This document shows positions 30,337-39,481 of a stretch of 64,000 nucleotides of DNA, piece after piece (the first letter of the stretch is position 1; each line of letters opens with the position of its first letter). The notes beneath the pieces are model-generated. The model was not told the DNA's origin. It did not search any database and saw only the letters and a list, made by a program, of their open reading frames with translations. This DNA comes from Alphaproteobacteria bacterium (GTDB lineage: Bacteria; Pseudomonadota; Alphaproteobacteria; SP197): the NCBI GenBank assembly GCA_964291265.2, contig OZ219747.1, positions 2,048,001 to 2,112,000 of the forward strand. The letters run 5' to 3'. The position numbers and the translations under genes are program-made.

Positions 30337-32594
30337 GACGGGACTCCGGGCGCCGGCTGATCCGTGCCGCCGGCCTTCTCCTCGCGGGTGGTTCCCTGGC
30401 CGCATGCGCCCTCCTGGCGCCGCTTCCCGAACCGCGCGGACTGGCGGACCGTCTCGCCGTCTTTCCCGACCATGGGGTGGACCTCGACAGCCGCGTGACA
30501 GTCCACTGGAACGATCACCAGATCCCGTTCATCGAGGCCGCGAGCGACGATGATGCGGCCTTCGCGCTGGGCATGGTCCACGCTCACCTGCGTCTTGCCC
30601 AGATGAGTCTGGTACGCATGGCAGCCCGCGGCCGTCTCGCCGAGGTGGCGGGTCCCCTTGCCAGCGACATCGACCACGGTCTGCGCATTCTCTCCTTCGG
30701 ACACGCTGCCCGGAACATCGAGGCTGCGATGGACCCTGCTGCACGGCGCTGGACACAGCGATTTGTCGACGGAATCAACCACTATCAGGCAACGCTCGAC
30801 GATCTGCCCCAGGAATTCAGGGTTCTCGGCATGGAACGCGAGCCGTGGACCGTCACCGATGTCCTGACCATCGGGCGGCTCGTGGGCACGGATGTGAACT
30901 GGCTGATATGGAGCGGGCTTCTGCCCTTGAGGAAGCGGCCGGACTGGCCGCAGCTGTGGGCGAGCCTGGTGGAGAGCGGGAGTGCGTCGTTGCCGAGTTT
31001 CGCCGGCGACGATGTGAGCGGAATCCTGGCAGGCGTCGGCCGGACGGGTTCCAACAGCATGGTGGTCGGCCCGGACCGCACGACGACCGGAGGCGCCATC
31101 ATCGCCAACGACCCGCACCTCGGCATCCTCGTGCCCAACGTGTGGCTGATCGCCGGCCTCAAATCGCCCTCCTATCATGTTGTCGGCCTGATGGGTCCGG
31201 GACTGCCGGTCTTCGCCATCGGCCGCAATCCGTCGATCGCCTGGGGCGGCACCAACATGCGGGCCGCTTCCAGTGATCTCGTCGATGTCAGCGATCTCGA
31301 TCCCGAGGCCATCGAGAGGCGCGACGAGACGATTTCCGTGCGCTGGTGGTTCGATTCGACCGTCACCGTCAGGCAGACCCCGCTGGGTCCGGTCATCAGC
31401 GACGCGCCCCTGCTGGCCGACAGCGGACTGCCGGACCTCGCACTCCGGTGGACCGGTCATGACGCAAGCGATGAAATCGGCGCCATGCTGGCGGTCAGCC
31501 GGGCCCGGGACTTCAGCGGATTCCGCGCTGCATTCGATACCTTCGCGGTGCCCGGGCAGAACATGGTCTACGCTGACCGTGACGGCAACATCGGCCAGGT
31601 GATGGCGGTCACCCTGCCCCGGCGGAGCGGAACTCCGGGAGATATCGTCGCCGATGCCGCAGATGTGAGACGGGACTGGGCCACGATGATGTCGTCCGGG
31701 GACCTTCCCTGGAGCTACAACCCTGGCAAGGGGTATCTGGTATCCGCCAACAACCGGCCGGCGCCGACGACCATTCCGGTCGGCTACTTCTTTTCCGCCG
31801 ATGACAGGGTCAAGCGCCTGGCGAGCCTCGCAGGCGGCGCTGACCGGCTCGATGTCGCCGCCGTGAAGGCGATCCAGCGGGACGTCTACATGCCGTCGTC
31901 GGCGACGCTGCGAGACGCCTTCATCGACGGCCTGGACGCTGCGGGGCTGGTGTCGTCGGCCGGACCCGAGGCAGTCGAAGCGGTCGCCCGCATCCGGGAC
32001 TGGGACGGTCACTACCACGCCGGTTCCGTCGGCGCCGTCAGCTTTGAACAGTTCCGCGCCGGCTTCGTCAACGCGTTCTACGATCGGCTCCTCGGAGAAG
32101 AGCACGGCGCCGTCATGGCACGCCGGGGCGTTCTGGTCCGCGACATGGAACGGGCGCCCCGGGACGTGCTTCACGCTGCCCTGGCGGCCGGTCTCGAGGC
32201 GGCAGGGGAGGGTCTCGATGCGTTCTCCGACTGGTCGGACATGCACCGCCTGTCGCTCGCCCATCCGCTCTCCATGCTTCCCGTCATCGGCTATCGCTAC
32301 CGCTTCGGCGACCACGGTGTCGGCGGCAGTTCCGAAACCATCATGAAGACGGCCCATGACGCCAGCACCACGCGGCACACGGTGCGCTACGGCGCCAATG
32401 CCCGGCATGTTTCCGACATGACCGACGTGGATGAGAACTATTTCGTACTGCTGGGCGGACAGGACGGCTGGCTCAACAGCTCGACCATGCTCGACCAGTG
32501 GCCCCTCTGGCAGTCGGGCGGGTACGTGCGCATGCCGCTCACTGCTGAAGGTGTACGGGCGTCGTTCCCCCATGTGACGGTCATCGACAAGTGA
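30333..32594 (+). CDS. Penicillin acylase family Ntn-hydrolase (predicted lipoprotein)
   Basis: RR...LAAC signal; GSNSMVV (Ser nucleophile), IANDPHL, QNMVYADRDGNIG, SANN. Confidence 0.9.
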   Translation: MRRDSGRRLIRAAGLLLAGGSLAACALLAPLPEPRGLADRLAVFPDHGVDLDSRVTVHWNDHQIPFIEAASDDDAAFALGMVHAHLRLAQMSLVRMAARGRLAEVAGPLASDIDHGLRILSFGHAARNIEAAMDPAARRWTQRFVDGINHYQATLDDLPQEFRVLGMEREPWTVTDVLTIGRLVGTDVNWLIWSGLLPLRKRPDWPQLWASLVESGSASLPSFAGDDVSGILAGVGRTGSNSMVVGPDRTTTGGAIIANDPHLGILVPNVWLIAGLKSPSYHVVGLMGPGLPVFAIGRNPSIAWGGTNMRAASSDLVDVSDLDPEAIERRDETISVRWWFDSTVTVRQTPLGPVISDAPLLADSGLPDLALRWTGHDASDEIGAMLAVSRARDFSGFRAAFDTFAVPGQNMVYADRDGNIGQVMAVTLPRRSGTPGDIVADAADVRRDWATMMSSGDLPWSYNPGKGYLVSANNRPAPTTIPVGYFFSADDRVKRLASLAGGADRLDVAAVKAIQRDVYMPSSATLRDAFIDGLDAAGLVSSAGPEAVEAVARIRDWDGHYHAGSVGAVSFEQFRAGFVNAFYDRLLGEEHGAVMARRGVLVRDMERAPRDVLHAALAAGLEAAGEGLDAFSDWSDMHRLSLAHPLSMLPVIGYRYRFGDHGVGGSSETIMKTAHDASTTRHTVRYGANARHVSDMTDVDENYFVLLGGQDGWLNSSTMLDQWPLWQSGGYVRMPLTAEGVRASFPHVTVIDK

Positions 32595-32603
32595 ACCTGC
32601 GCC

Positions 32604-34142
32604 GTGGCGCCCATGCATGATGCGACGTGGCTGCTGCGGGCCCATGCGCGCCGGCGGCTGCGCCGCCTCGAAGCAGGGGATGCGCGGCGCCTCCAGGACG
32701 GCGTTCTGCATTCCCTCATCAGGCGGGCGGCCAGGACCCGTTTTGCGCAGGACCACGACCTCGCCGGCGTCCGCACACTCGATGACTACCGCGCCCGTGT
32801 GCCGGTGCGCAGTCATGACGAATTCTGGGACGACTACTGGAGCCGCGACTTCCCGCGTCTCGTGAACTGTACCTGGCCTGGTCTCGTCCCCTGGTTTGCC
32901 GAAACGTCGGGGACGACGCGGGGCATCACCCGGTTCATTCCCCTGACCCGGGAGATGAACCGCTCCAACCGGCGCGCCGCCGGGGATCTCCTCGTCTGGC
33001 ACGTGATCAACAGGCCGCACAGCAGGCTCCTGGCCGGACGCGTCCTCGTTCTCGGGGGATCGAGCGGACTTCAGCGCCGCGCGCCCGGCGTGACGAGTGG
33101 TGATCTGAGCGGGATCACGGCCTCCGTCATGCCGTACTGGGCGCGGCTGCGGAGCTTTCCGCCCCGGCACCTCGAGGCCATCGGCGACTGGAACATCAAG
33201 ATCGACCGTTTCGCCCGGGATTCACTCGGTCAGACGATCCACGCCGCCTGCGGCGTTCCGAGCTGGCTGCTGATCTACTTCGACCACCTTCTGGAGGTCG
33301 CGAGCGCAGGCGACGGACGCATCGCCTCGGTCTATCCGGGGTTCGAACTGCTTGTCCACGGAGGCGTCTCCTGGGCGCCCTACCGGGAGCGGTTTGCCGC
33401 TCTCCTCGAGGGCAGTCACGCAGAGACCCGCGAGGTCTACGCTGCCAGCGAGGGTTTCTTTGCCATGGCGGACAGGAGCACGGATGCCGGCCTGCGCCTG
33501 CAGCTCGACAACGCGATGTTCTTCGAGTTCGCCCCGGTCGACGGCGGGCAGGTCAGGATGGATGCGTGCCGCTGGATCGGGGATGTCGAAGAAGGCGTCA
33601 ACTACGCCCTGGTGGTGAGCACTGCTGCCGGTCTGTGGCGCTATCTCGTCGGTGACACCGTCACCTTCACCACGCTCGATCCACCGCGCATTCTCCTGAC
33701 CGGACGCACGGCCCACATGCTGTCCGCCTTCGGTGAACACGTGATCGTGGCGGAACTCGAACAGGCGGTCTCCGGCGCGGCGCAGGCCATCGGCGCCGCA
33801 GTCAGCGACTTTGCGGTCGGCAGCGTCTTTTCCTCGCGCCCCGGGGAACGGGGTGGCCACCTCCATGTCGTCGAGTTTTCCGCGCCCCTCGCCGACGCAC
33901 GGCTCCTCGAATCATTCGCCGCCTCTCTCGATGGTATCCTGCAGTCCGTCAACGCCGACTATGCGGCCCATCGCGCCGGCGGGTGGGGTCTGGATCCTCC
34001 GCGCATCGAGGTCATGCCGCCCGGCGGATTTGCCGCCTGGATGGCGGCCCAGGGCAGGCTTGGCGGCCAGCACAAGGTGCCGCGGGTGATTGCCGATGAG
34101 AAGAGACTCGATGCCCTGCGCGCCTTTGCCCGGAGAGCGTGA
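32604..34142 (+). CDS. GH3 family (acyl acid-amido synthetase-like) protein
   Basis: TSGTT, GDLSGI, EVYAASEGFF, GLWRYLVGDTV, GGQHKVPR. Confidence 0.88.
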   Translation: MAPMHDATWLLRAHARRRLRRLEAGDARRLQDGVLHSLIRRAARTRFAQDHDLAGVRTLDDYRARVPVRSHDEFWDDYWSRDFPRLVNCTWPGLVPWFAETSGTTRGITRFIPLTREMNRSNRRAAGDLLVWHVINRPHSRLLAGRVLVLGGSSGLQRRAPGVTSGDLSGITASVMPYWARLRSFPPRHLEAIGDWNIKIDRFARDSLGQTIHAACGVPSWLLIYFDHLLEVASAGDGRIASVYPGFELLVHGGVSWAPYRERFAALLEGSHAETREVYAASEGFFAMADRSTDAGLRLQLDNAMFFEFAPVDGGQVRMDACRWIGDVEEGVNYALVVSTAAGLWRYLVGDTVTFTTLDPPRILLTGRTAHMLSAFGEHVIVAELEQAVSGAAQAIGAAVSDFAVGSVFSSRPGERGGHLHVVEFSAPLADARLLESFAASLDGILQSVNADYAAHRAGGWGLDPPRIEVMPPGGFAAWMAAQGRLGGQHKVPRVIADEKRLDALRAFARRA

Positions 34143-34486
34143 TCCCGGGACCGTTTTCTCGTCGCGGCTGATGGTGGTGCTCCCCCATCAGCCGGTCCCG
34201 GCGCCGGTGCTCCCGCGCGCACAGATCAATGGACGCATCCGCAACCGACAGCGTCGCCATGGCCGGTGTATTGCCACAGCAACAAGCGAAGTGGTCAGAC
34301 CCACGATCACGTCATGCCGATCACCAGGCGGACAAAAAACTTGCCCTGAGCTTGATCCCCTGTTCTACGGGTGGGCACATCAGACTATGATGGGCTGCGT
34401 TCGTCCGGGCCCTGTTGTCGGGAACCGGAGAATGCCTTCGGACCGTCCTTGAGTGAGACCGGAATCAACAACAGGAGACAGACACC

Positions 34487-35455
34487 ATGAACTTCCTCCC
34501 CACGATCGCGTCAGCTGCGGCTGGTGCGTTGCTTGTGGGCGTTGCAGCGACAGCGGGCGCCCAGTCAATTCCCGAAACGGATGAGCCGATCAAGCTCGCC
34601 ATGAACGAGTGGACGGGCCAGCACGTTTCGACGGTCGTTGCCGGCGAAACGCTGAAGCGGATGGGCTACAACGTCGAGTACGTCACCGCCGGATACTATC
34701 CTCAGGTCACGGCTGTCGCCGACGGCGATATTCACGCAACCCTGGAAATCTGGAGTTCCAATATCGGTGACGCCTGGGATGAGCACTTTGACTCCGGCGA
34801 GGCCGTCAAGGTTGCGGTTGCTGGTCTCAAGCCCCAGGAGGCCTGGTATGTGCCGGCCTATGTCGTGGACATGTGCGAGGGCCTGCCGAGCTGGGAGGCG
34901 TTGAACGATTGCACGGCACTCTTCGAGACCGCGGACACCGCGCCTTCGGGACGCTTCCTCGACTATCCGGCCGAGTGGGGTGATTCGAACAGCAAGCGCA
35001 TCGAGGCGCTCGATCTTGATTACGTTTCCATTCCGTCGGGAGGCGAGGGTTCGCTCATCACGGAGATTCGCTCGGCCGTCGAACGCGAGGCGCCGCTGCT
35101 CCTGATGTTCTGGGAGCCGCACTGGATCCATGCGCAGATCGACCTTCAGCGCGTCTTTCTTCCCGAGTACTTCGATGGCTGCCACGACGATGCGTCGCTG
35201 GGTCCCAACCCGGACATGGTCTTTGACTGCGACTGGTCGGGGGGCGAGATCTGGAAGGTTGCCAATCCATCGCTCAGGGAGTCGCACCCAGGCGCCTGGA
35301 GACTGATCGAGGTTTATTCGATCACCAATACCGAGCAGGCCCAGATGATGTCGGAGATCGATGACAAGGGCCGCGATCTGACGGAAGTCGTCCAGGAATG
35401 GCTCGACAACAATTCCGGAACGGTCGAGGGCTGGATCGATCAGGCGTCCATGTAA
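34487..35455 (+). CDS. OpuAC-family (glycine betaine/quaternary amine) ABC substrate-binding protein
   Basis: Signal peptide; NEWTGQ, EIW, WYVPAY, FWEPHW; AGGAG SD. Confidence 0.85.
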   Translation: MNFLPTIASAAAGALLVGVAATAGAQSIPETDEPIKLAMNEWTGQHVSTVVAGETLKRMGYNVEYVTAGYYPQVTAVADGDIHATLEIWSSNIGDAWDEHFDSGEAVKVAVAGLKPQEAWYVPAYVVDMCEGLPSWEALNDCTALFETADTAPSGRFLDYPAEWGDSNSKRIEALDLDYVSIPSGGEGSLITEIRSAVEREAPLLLMFWEPHWIHAQIDLQRVFLPEYFDGCHDDASLGPNPDMVFDCDWSGGEIWKVANPSLRESHPGAWRLIEVYSITNTEQAQMMSEIDDKGRDLTEVVQEWLDNNSGTVEGWIDQASM

Positions 35456-35472
35456 CGACTGGCGTCCTTTCC

Positions 35473-35520
35473 GGGAGAGGACCGGGGAGGCTGGTGTTGC
35501 GCCGGTCTCCTCCTTTTCTT
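35473..35520 (+). terminator. Possible intrinsic terminator after SBP gene
   Basis: Imperfect GGAGAGGACCGG...CCGGTCTCCTCC stem followed by TTTTCTT, between convergent genes. Confidence 0.4.
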
Positions 35521-35534
35521 GAGCGCGGTCGCGA

Positions 35535-36032
35535 TCACCCTGCCCGGGTGAGCGCCAGGTTGTGATGCCGGTCCCTGGTGGCGGACCAGCCATCGGGCAA
35601 CCGCGATGGTGGCCGTGTCGTCCTCGATCAGGGCCGGCCCTCGCGCGTGCCGCACCGGGCGCCATCGCGGTCCGGTGACCGATGACGCCGTCACGCCATT
35701 CTCTCTGGTCTCAGGTAGCGCGAGGGCTCAGAGGGGGATCCCCTCGTTGTCCGGTTCCTCCTTCAGCGTCGGCACGTCCTCGAGCGGAGCCGACACGCCG
35801 AGACGGAAGGTGACGATCTCGATGGGTCTGGAGGCATCACCGCCATGCATGAAGACCCTGTGATGCTCATCGGCGCAACGTGTCCTCAGACCACCGGTTG
35901 TCAGCCCTGACGGCGGATCCATGGGGACCGCGACCTCGAATGCCTGTCCGACGAATCTCATGTCGGCAATGAACGACATGCGTGGCCGGGATCCAAGGCC
36001 CATCAGGACAAAGCGCTCGATCGCGCGCCTTG
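35535..36032 (-). pseudogene. Duplicated, frameshifted 3' fragment of hydantoinase/oxoprolinase A
   Basis: ADMRFVGQAFEV...GPALIEDDTATI split across frames; copy of 57832-58325. Confidence 0.88.
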
Positions 36033-36120
36033 CCAGGGCACGGTTGATTTTCGTCTGGTATCCTCGCCCGGAAGACCTGAAGTGCTCCACCACCGAGCGC
36101 TTGACTCGACACGGGACACG
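36033..36120 (-). pseudogene. BrnA-like antitoxin remnant
   Basis: RVKRSVVEHFRSSGRGYQTKINRAL resembles the BrnA motif (R...V.E.F+..G.GYQT.IN.AL). Confidence 0.55.
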
Positions 36121-36340
36121 CCTGCATTCGCTCAGTGCTGTCATCGCCCCTATCACCGCGCGGCCGAACCTTAACCCCGGACCCCATCCGGACGTTGCCT
36201 TTTCATGGGCTGGACGGGGCGCGTTCAAGGAACAGGTTCGGGGGATGTCCGGCGACCATGTGTGCACGAGGACTGTTTCGCCCTTCAGGGCGCCGTCGCC
36301 GCCAGGCCGTCGGTCGCGTCAGCGGTTCGAAGGACGCAGA

Positions 36341-38182
36341 TCAATCGACGATGTGGTAGACCGGCGCCTTCTCCATGGACCAGGTGTCCGTCTCGGCGTC
36401 GTACCGCGACAGCGTGAAACAGTGCCAGTTGTCATCGTCGAGCATCATGTGGTCGCCCCGGTAGTAGTACCCCGGCCAGCGTGTCTCCTTGCGAAAGAGC
36501 GTGTGCCGCATGACACTCTCCGACGCCAGGAGCCGATGCCGGAACTCCCATGTCCGCTGCAGCTGGTGAAGATCCTCGGCGCCGATGTGCCGGGCATCGT
36601 CCTTCAGCATCTCCATCAGTTCCAGACCGCGATCGAGCAACGGCTCGTTGGTCATGTAGTTGACCGTGATGCCGCCGCAGTACTCGTCCATGAGCTTTTC
36701 GAGGCGCTGCAGGGCGTGGAGGGGCAGGATGTAGCTCGGCGAAACCGTTCCGGCGACGATTTCATTGCGGCCGATAGCGTAGTTGTCGAGCGGTTTGAAG
36801 ATCTCCGTCTGGAGGCGACCGATTTCCGTCTCGTCGACCATGGGCTCGTCACTGACATCGTTGATGTAGTTCACCGCGGCCTTGGCGGCGATCCGGCCTT
36901 CCGTGAACGACCCCGACGAGAACTTGTGCGGGGTACCACCGCTGGCGTCGCCGGCGCCGAACAGGCCACGGGTGGTCGTCATGCGGTTGTAGCCCCATCG
37001 GTACTCGGACGGCGCATAGTCTTCCGGACCGCTTGCCCAGGCGCCGGAACAGGTGGCGTGAGAGCCCATGACATAGGGTTCCGACGTTGTCAGCTCCGGG
37101 TTGGTGTGCTTGGGGTCGATGTTCTGTGATGCCCAGACCACGGCCTGGCCGATGGTCATGCCCAGGAAGTTCTCCCATCCCACGGTTTCCTTGTGCGGAT
37201 CCTGAAAGGCCTCCGTGGTCACCATGCGGATCGGTCCTCCGCCATGGGCGAGTTCCTTCAGCAGGGCATGGTTGCGCAGGCACGTCGGAACCGGGTGACG
37301 GTCGACATAGTCACCGACCAGTTTCCTGGTATCTTCGTACCATCTGGATTCATACTCTTCGCCGTAGGCGTTCTGCGTGTAGGTCTTGAGATGCAGGAAA
37401 TAGGCGCCGACGGGGCCGTAGCCGTCCTTGAACCGGGTCAGGACGATCCGGTTCTCCATCTGCGTCATCTTGGTGCCGATCTGAATGGGCAGGCCGTAGG
37501 CCGATGCACTGCTCCAGGGCGCATACCATGTCCTGCCCATACCTTCGCCGACGGCCCGCGGCTTGAAGATGTGCGAGGCACCGCCCGCCGCAACGATCAC
37601 GGCCTTCGCCCTGAAGACGTAGAAGTCACCCGTGCGGACGTTGAAACCCACCGCGCCCGCGGTCCGGTTGGGATCCCGCCTGTCGACGAGAAGGTGGGTC
37701 ACCATGATACGGTTGTAAACCTCGGTCGCGGCCTTTCGGGCAGCCTCGGCGACGATGGGCTTGTAGCTTTCGCCGTGGATCATGATCTGCCACTTGCCCT
37801 CGCGCTGATAGCGGCCGGTCTTCGGATCCCGCATCATGGGAAGGCCCCAGTCCTCGAACATGTGGACAGTTGAATCCACGTGCCGGCCGATATCGTAGGC
37901 CAGATCCTCGCGAACCAGTCCCATCAGGTCATTGCTCGCATAGCGGACAAAGTCCTCAGGCTGATTCTCGCCCCACTGCATACCCATGTAGCAGTTGATG
38001 GCGTACAGACCCTGTGCGACAGCGCCACTGCGCTCGATATTGGCCTTCTCGACGCAGACGACCTTGAGATCACGCCCCCAGTAGCGGGCTTCGTAGACAG
38101 CGCCGCATCCGGCCATGCCGCCGCCGACGACGAGAATGTCGCAAGCGACCTGAATTGTCCTTCTGCGCTTGAAGAGGCCCAT
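36341..38182 (-). CDS. aprA: Adenylylsulfate reductase alpha subunit
   Basis: ERSGAVAQGLYAINCYMG, GKWQIMIHGESYKPIVAEA, RFKDGYGPVGA, HKFSSGSFTEGR, ETRWPGYYYR. Confidence 0.96.
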   Translation of the reverse strand: MGLFKRRRTIQVACDILVVGGGMAGCGAVYEARYWGRDLKVVCVEKANIERSGAVAQGLYAINCYMGMQWGENQPEDFVRYASNDLMGLVREDLAYDIGRHVDSTVHMFEDWGLPMMRDPKTGRYQREGKWQIMIHGESYKPIVAEAARKAATEVYNRIMVTHLLVDRRDPNRTAGAVGFNVRTGDFYVFRAKAVIVAAGGASHIFKPRAVGEGMGRTWYAPWSSASAYGLPIQIGTKMTQMENRIVLTRFKDGYGPVGAYFLHLKTYTQNAYGEEYESRWYEDTRKLVGDYVDRHPVPTCLRNHALLKELAHGGGPIRMVTTEAFQDPHKETVGWENFLGMTIGQAVVWASQNIDPKHTNPELTTSEPYVMGSHATCSGAWASGPEDYAPSEYRWGYNRMTTTRGLFGAGDASGGTPHKFSSGSFTEGRIAAKAAVNYINDVSDEPMVDETEIGRLQTEIFKPLDNYAIGRNEIVAGTVSPSYILPLHALQRLEKLMDEYCGGITVNYMTNEPLLDRGLELMEMLKDDARHIGAEDLHQLQRTWEFRHRLLASESVMRHTLFRKETRWPGYYYRGDHMMLDDDNWHCFTLSRYDAETDTWSMEKAPVYHIVD

Positions 38183-38646
38183 CAGACCGCTCCCGGCCTG
38201 AGGCGTTTGGGATCCAGAACCGGCAGCCCGCCGTCAATGTTGAGGAGGTCGGGTTCGTGGGCGAGTTCCTGGGACCTGAAACGGGAGGCCTCCGGCCGGT
38301 CGTACTCGGCGGACGACTTGATCGATCCCCATTTCGTGGTGCGAATGGGCGAGACGAAGCTCTTCTCTTCGCCGTTTCTGAACTTGATCTTCCAGGAAAC
38401 GGTGCCCTTGTCCTCTTCGCGGCGTACCCGTACGCTGTGACCGAGCGGTGCAAAGTCCGCATACCCACGCACGTCGATGGCGTTCTGCGGGCACGCCTTC
38501 ACGCATGAATAGCACTCCCAGCACATGTTCGGCTCGATGTTGAAGGCGCGACGATAGGTCGTGTCGATGTGCATGATGTCGGACGGACAGATATCGACGC
38601 AATGTCCGCAACCGTCGCAATGGCTCATGTAGACAAAGGTTGGCAT
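38182..38646 (-). CDS. aprB: Adenylylsulfate reductase beta subunit
   Basis: MPTFV..CDGCGHCVDICPSDIM...CWECYSCVKACPQNAI (two 4Fe-4S sites), RGYADF. Confidence 0.96.
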   Translation of the reverse strand: MPTFVYMSHCDGCGHCVDICPSDIMHIDTTYRRAFNIEPNMCWECYSCVKACPQNAIDVRGYADFAPLGHSVRVRREEDKGTVSWKIKFRNGEEKSFVSPIRTTKWGSIKSSAEYDRPEASRFRSQELAHEPDLLNIDGGLPVLDPKRLRPGAV

Positions 38647-38698
38647 GGCGTTAGGTCAGCTCCCAGATCGAAAACCCGTTCCACACGGGCCGGTGAGG

Positions 38699-39481
38699 TC
38701 AGTAATGGCGTGGCATCTCGGTGACGCGACCGAGAACTTCGGGCTTGTCGGCCGGCGGCGGAAGATTGCCTCGCGATCCGTCCGCTTCCGCCACGCGCTT
38801 CTGGAATGCGATGGCAGGCTTGTAGAACATGTGAGAAAACTTGGACCAGGGCACCGATCCAAAGAGCACCGTGGTGGAGACGGCATACAGGCCGAGGAAG
38901 ACATCGGCCACCGGACTCTCCGCCGTCTGGAGGAGTCCCCAGATGAACGCCATCGTCGTGCTGACCAGGAGCGAGAGGATGAAGAGGTCCGCACGCACGA
39001 TTCGCCAGGGGGGATGGCCTTCAGCGGCCACGTCAACCCGGATGAAGAACCAGAACCAGTATCCGCCGCCGCAGACCATCACGATGCCGAGATACCAGAG
39101 CAGGGGCCAGATGGCGGGAGTCGGCGTGGCCGAAGTCGGGTAGCCGAAGACCATGGCGATGGTGGCGGCAAGATAGGCCACGAATCCGTACATGGTCAGC
39201 AGGTGCGCGATCCTGCGCCGCAGGTTGCAGAATTCACCCGAAGCCAGCACGTCGACCGCGGAAGCCTGGACTGCGAGGGACACCATGTGAGCGCCACTGA
39301 CCGGCCGGTTGCCCCGGTTTCTCGCGTGACGCCAGTTGTCAAAGAAGTACCGGGCGCTCCTCTTATGGAGCACATCGAACAGGGTCCCTCCCACGACCAG
39401 CAGGATCATGGTGACGACAAAGGCCTGCGTGACTGCAGGCGCTACGAGAAGCCCTGCAAAGGGATTGCCGAAGAACATCAT
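38699..39481 (-). CDS. aprM: Adenylylsulfate reductase membrane anchor
   Basis: Multi-TM; HKRSARYFF, SGEFCN.RRRIAHLLTMYGF, VPWSKFSHMFYKPA; directly upstream of aprBA. Confidence 0.88.
   Translation of the reverse strand: MMFFGNPFAGLLVAPAVTQAFVVTMILLVVGGTLFDVLHKRSARYFFDNWRHARNRGNRPVSGAHMVSLAVQASAVDVLASGEFCNLRRRIAHLLTMYGFVAYLAATIAMVFGYPTSATPTPAIWPLLWYLGIVMVCGGGYWFWFFIRVDVAAEGHPPWRIVRADLFILSLLVSTTMAFIWGLLQTAESPVADVFLGLYAVSTTVLFGSVPWSKFSHMFYKPAIAFQKRVAEADGSRGNLPPPADKPEVLGRVTEMPRHY

Larger units (their letters stand above)
34793..36032 (+). repeat. Left copy of ~1.2-kb imperfect direct repeat (SBP 3' half + hydantoinase 3' end)
   Basis: Near-identical to 57194-58325, e.g. GCCCCAGGAGGCCTGGTATGTGCCGGCCT and ...CAAAGCGCTCGA.CGCGCGCCTTG. 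Confidence 0.93.

Noticed and set aside
30198-33170. 990-aa minus-strand ORF (similarly 3496-5463, 10565-12865, 18667-20451, 41810-43453, 62569-63747)
   Set aside because: Antisense shadows of well-supported genes in high-GC DNA; no recognisable motifs.
34291-34304. FadR/GntR-like operator GTGGTCAGACCCAC upstream of the SBP
   Set aside because: A single imperfect palindrome with no regulator nearby; too weak to support.
34487-35455. Calling the SBP tmoX
   Set aside because: The family is clear, but substrate specificity cannot be assigned by eye and no permease genes are adjacent.
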